From positions 1-8,483 of the forward strand of contig NW_021828426.1 in the NCBI RefSeq assembly GCF_006345805.1: a stretch of 8,483 nucleotides of DNA, read 5' to 3'. The notes beneath the pieces are model-generated. The model did no database searches. It saw only the letters and a program-made list of their open reading frames with translations, and was not told the origin of the DNA. The stretch comes from Octopus sinensis (taxonomy: Eukaryota). A program made the translations under genes and the position numbers. Shown piece by piece: positions 5,224-8,483 of the stretch. Positions within the stretch are counted from its first letter, which is position 1, and every line of letters begins with the position of its first letter.

Positions 5224-8200
5224 GAGCCTATTAGAACACTAACCATCCTTCAATTGAACATCAACGGGATTTCCAAGAAATGCAATGACCTACGCTACTT
5301 TCTACACACGAACTCTATTGATATAGCTCTTATTCAAGAGACCAAACTTACTCCAAAATCCCAAACCCCCCGTTTTAAGGGATATTCCACCATTCGTCGT
5401 GACCGCCAGTCTGGAAAGCCTGGCGGTGGTCTCATTACTCTCATTCACGAGGCCATTCCCTTTGCAGACTCAACTGCCAACATTGAATCTCTCTTAACTA
5501 ATGATCGATTTACCGAAATTTCATCTATTCAAATTAACATTAACAAGATATGTTACTCTGTTGTTAACACATATATCCCCCCGATTTCGTCATGTGCTCC
5601 CAATTATACACCGAACTTACTGCCTCTTTTTTCAATTGAAAACTGTATTCTATGTGGCGACTTCAACGCCCACCATCCTCTCTGGTTATCCACAAACAAA
5701 ACTGACAAACGTGGCCAGCAAATCACAACGGATGCGGAAGAATTGATCACTCTAAACAACCCTCTTCTACACACCGCTGTGCAATGCGACCTGGAGATTC
5801 AAACACTTCTCCTGACATTACCTTATGTTCCCCAAACATCGCCCTCGACGCCAAATGGACAGTTCTGTACGACCTACCAACGGACCACAATCCTATTCTA
5901 ATCAAAATAAACCATCACCCTGTAAAGAAGAGAATTACGAAGACCTACATTAACTACAAACGTGGGAAATGGGACTCGTTCAGGAGTGAAACTGAACGTA
6001 TATTCAGTAATTTTTCTTGCTCCTCCATTCAATCATTTGACGCTGCCGTTGCTTTCTTTACTAGTACACTTCTTTCTGCGGACAAAAAATTTATTCCCCG
6101 CGGCTTCATCCGAAATCACGGCCTCCACTTCCCCCCACCTATCATTGAACTATTCAAAAAACGAAGGAGGATCAAATCGACGACTTCTATCAATGGAAAT
6201 GGAGAATCTCTAGCAGAAATCAACAAACAAATTGACGAATTAATCAAGAAACATAAAACTGACGAATGGAATGATTTTATCACTTCAATAACCCCAAATA
6301 CTGGATCCCGTGCTTTCTGGAGAACCCTCAAGAAAATTCACACGAGGCAAACATGTCCCCTCTCACATGCCACCGGTATCTCGACCAAAAAATCTGTCCT
6401 ATCTTTCCAGGATCAAGCCAACATCTTAATTCGCCATTATGCAAAAATCAGTCACCTTCCTACCCCAAAGGATCTCCGTTTCGTAAGAAAATCACATTAT
6501 AAGTCAAATGACAATTCTACTGACTATATTAACATCCCAGAATCATTTACCAGGCAACTTGTTGTTAACTCGCGGAATTCTAACGCCAGAGGTCCTGATG
6601 GCCTTGCCATCCACCACTTAAAAAATCTGGGTCCTAATGGCTTTCTGGCTCTGACCAATCTAATCGAATACTCGATCAACCATGGTCTGGTTCCTATGCT
6701 TTGGAAGAAATCTACCATCATCCCTATCCCAAAGCCAAATCGTGATACCTCTGACCCCTCCTCTTTTCGACCTATCTCTTTGATCTCAGTGGTTTCAAAA
6801 ATAACAGAGCGAGTTGTATTGAGCATCATAAAACCTTTCCTCCCATTTGCTGAATCTCAACATGGCTTTCGTTCTTTGCATTCCACTTCCACCCATCTTT
6901 CAAAACTGACACAATTCATTGCGGATGGGTTTAACAATCATAAGCCACCTCAAAGAACAATTATTGCATCCATCGACATTGAAAAGGCATTTGACAGAAC
7001 GTCAAGACACGTTCTGTGTAGGAAAATAACCGATACGGAATTCCCCCACCAAATAAAGTCATGGCTACTCTCTTTTCTCTCTGGGCGTCTTGGTCGCACC
7101 ACAATCATGTCTTCTTACTCACGCTACAAATACTTGCCTAACGGAGTTCCCCAAGGCTCGGTCCTTTCACCTGCCTTATTTAACTTACATCTGTCAAATA
7201 TCCCGACGAACAATAATACTCTACTTCTCTCCTACGCTGATGACTTAATTTTTGCCTCCCGCCACCAAAACATAATCACCGCTTCTGGATTTCTGCAGGA
7301 ACACATGAACACTCTTTCGTCCTGGCTGAAATGCAATCTTCTTCAACCTTCTCCTTCCAAATCATCTGTTACGCTATTCACAACTGACCGCCGTCAGTTC
7401 AACTTAGAGCCTAAACTATTCCTAGACAACACTCCACTCCCAGTTGAAAAATCCCCCAAAATCTTGGGTCTGATATTTGATTGCTGTTTGTCCTTCTCGA
7501 AACATGTTTCATATATCTGTGGAAAATCCCAGAAAAAATCTCAATGTGCTCCGAGCTATTGCGGGGACTTCATTTGGGCAGGATAAGGAAAGTCTAACAA
7601 CTGTATACAAGCAGTTTATTAGAACAACTATGAACTACGCCATCCCTGCTTGGGGTTCCTGCTTATCTAATACAAACCTTGAAAAACTTCAGAGAACTCA
7701 AAACTCAGCATTACGAATTATTACCGGCTGTCTAAAAACGACACCTACCGACCACCTACATTGGGAATCGAAAATCCTTCCAATCAGTGACCATTTTGAA
7801 ATGCTCGGGCTGCAATTTCTTGACAAATGCCGAACCCTAAATCACCCTGGCTACTTCCTCTGGCACTCCACTAACAACAGGAGAATAGTTCCGACCCTCG
7901 CGGACAAAGTCCGCAAGCTTATACGATCCCCTCCGGACATTAACCAGAAGGGGATTCACGACCTGGTGGCTACGAGGGCAATCAGATGTCTTGGAATAAA
8001 CAAGCTTCTGGGACGCCTTCCGCCGCCAATTAATAAGATCGAATCCTCCCTCTCAAGAGAAGCCCGAGTGAACTTGGCTCGTCTCCGCTGTGGCCACCAT
8101 ACTGGCCTACACGATTATCGCATAAAAATCGGTCTTGGTGAAATAACCCCTTCCTATTCCCTCAACGACCTTTTCTCCTGTCCAGGCCCGCCTTCTACTT

Positions 8201-8313
8201 CCTCGGAACACCGGATCACGATCGGGGATCTTTGGGAGCGTCCGACATTGGCCCTAACGTTCTTGTTAGCCACCGGCTTCCTTCAATTGAAGGGGCCGGG
8301 GGTAAATAAATAA
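5185..8313 (+). pseudogene. 2A-APE endonuclease-reverse transcriptase polyprotein of LINE-B (two 1-nt frameshifts as assembled)
   Basis: APE motifs LQLNING, IQETKL, NTYIPP, GDFNAHH, PDITL, TDHNPI. RT motifs ARGPDG, IPIPKP, FRPISL, QHGFR, DIEKAFD, GVPQGSVLSPALF, YADD, KILG. ORF segments 5185-5901, 5784-7586 and 7477-8313 overlap, with shifts at about 5755-5780 and about 7528-7538. No in-frame ATG upstream of the 2A motif. Confidence 0.92.
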
Positions 8314-8319
8314 ATAAAT
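8273..8319 (+). repeat. 3'-terminal stem-loop plus (TAAA)4 tail of LINE-B
   Basis: CCGGC-T-TCCTTCAA / TTGAAGGG-GCCGG (8273-8299) pairs with one G-U and one bulge. TAAA x4 at 8303-8318 contains the ORF stop (8311-8313). Confidence 0.75.
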
Positions 8320-8483
8320 GGGTGTTGAAAATCCTGGAAGGATTGATGAAGCGGAAATTTACAACTTTTAGCTTATGATTCGACAGGATTATCAAATGTT
8401 CGATAAAGTGCATTAGAAAATTAATAATTGCTGGCAAAAAAAAAAGTTGAAAAAAGAAATTATCATAAAAATAGACATTACAC

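Larger units (their letters stand above)
5152..8319 (+). mobile_element. Near full-length single-ORF non-LTR retrotransposon (LINE-B; Ingi/Vingi-like, APE + RT, no RNase H)
   Basis: Sharp switch from AT-rich flank to balanced composition at about 5150, then 2A motif, APE domain, RT, C-terminal LARLRCGH...DLFSCP...DLWERP region and a (TAAA)4 tail at 8303-8318. The 5' boundary is approximate and no TSD was found. The clade call rests on architecture only. Confidence 0.85.

Noticed and set aside
8318-8371. MGVENPGRIDEAEIYNF downstream of LINE-B as a second 2A-like motif or an exon
   Set aside because: It lacks the DxExNPGP consensus, is only 17 codons, and has too little context before the window ends.
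1314-8437. Antisense and alternate-frame ORFs in the track (e.g. 1314-1505, 1560-1796, 1675-1857, 2562-2783, 2764-2982, 2853-3041, 3651-3857, 4142-4345, 5501-5746, 5962-6213, 6116-6331, 6524-6829, 8216-8437)
   Set aside because: They are short shadows of the integrase, RT or LRR coding regions or of low-complexity UTR, with no recognisable motifs.

Overview
AT-rich eukaryotic DNA dominated by mobile elements around one small host gene. From left to right: (i) ~120-900, a region of short CpG-rich motifs with an 18-bp inverted-repeat pair (candidate non-autonomous DNA element). (ii) 1016-2446, a Ginger/TDD-like DNA transposon with 40-bp TGT...ACA terminal inverted repeats and a 5-bp TTAAA target-site duplication (TSD). 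It carries an internally deleted retroviral-type integrase gene with a putative 26-nt intron, plus a TTAGGG-containing 18-bp minisatellite. (iii) 2485-3892, a 5'-truncated LINE (RT only) with a (TATTC)n tail and a perfect 15-bp TSD. (iv) 4035-4889 (minus strand), an LRR plus coiled-coil gene resembling LRRC27, which only reads through if about five tiny (18-27 nt) introns are removed; one or two of these need non-GT donors or an indel. (v) ~5152-8319, a compact single-ORF LINE (APE endonuclease + RT, no RNase H; Ingi/Vingi-like). It starts with a virus-like 2A 'stop-go' motif (GDVEQNPGP), has no 3' UTR, and ends in a hairpin followed by (TAAA)4. Most frameshifts are single-base indels that can be placed in homopolymer runs, so some may be sequencing errors. 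All family assignments come from motif recognition by eye, not database searches, and the host organism cannot be named from this window.
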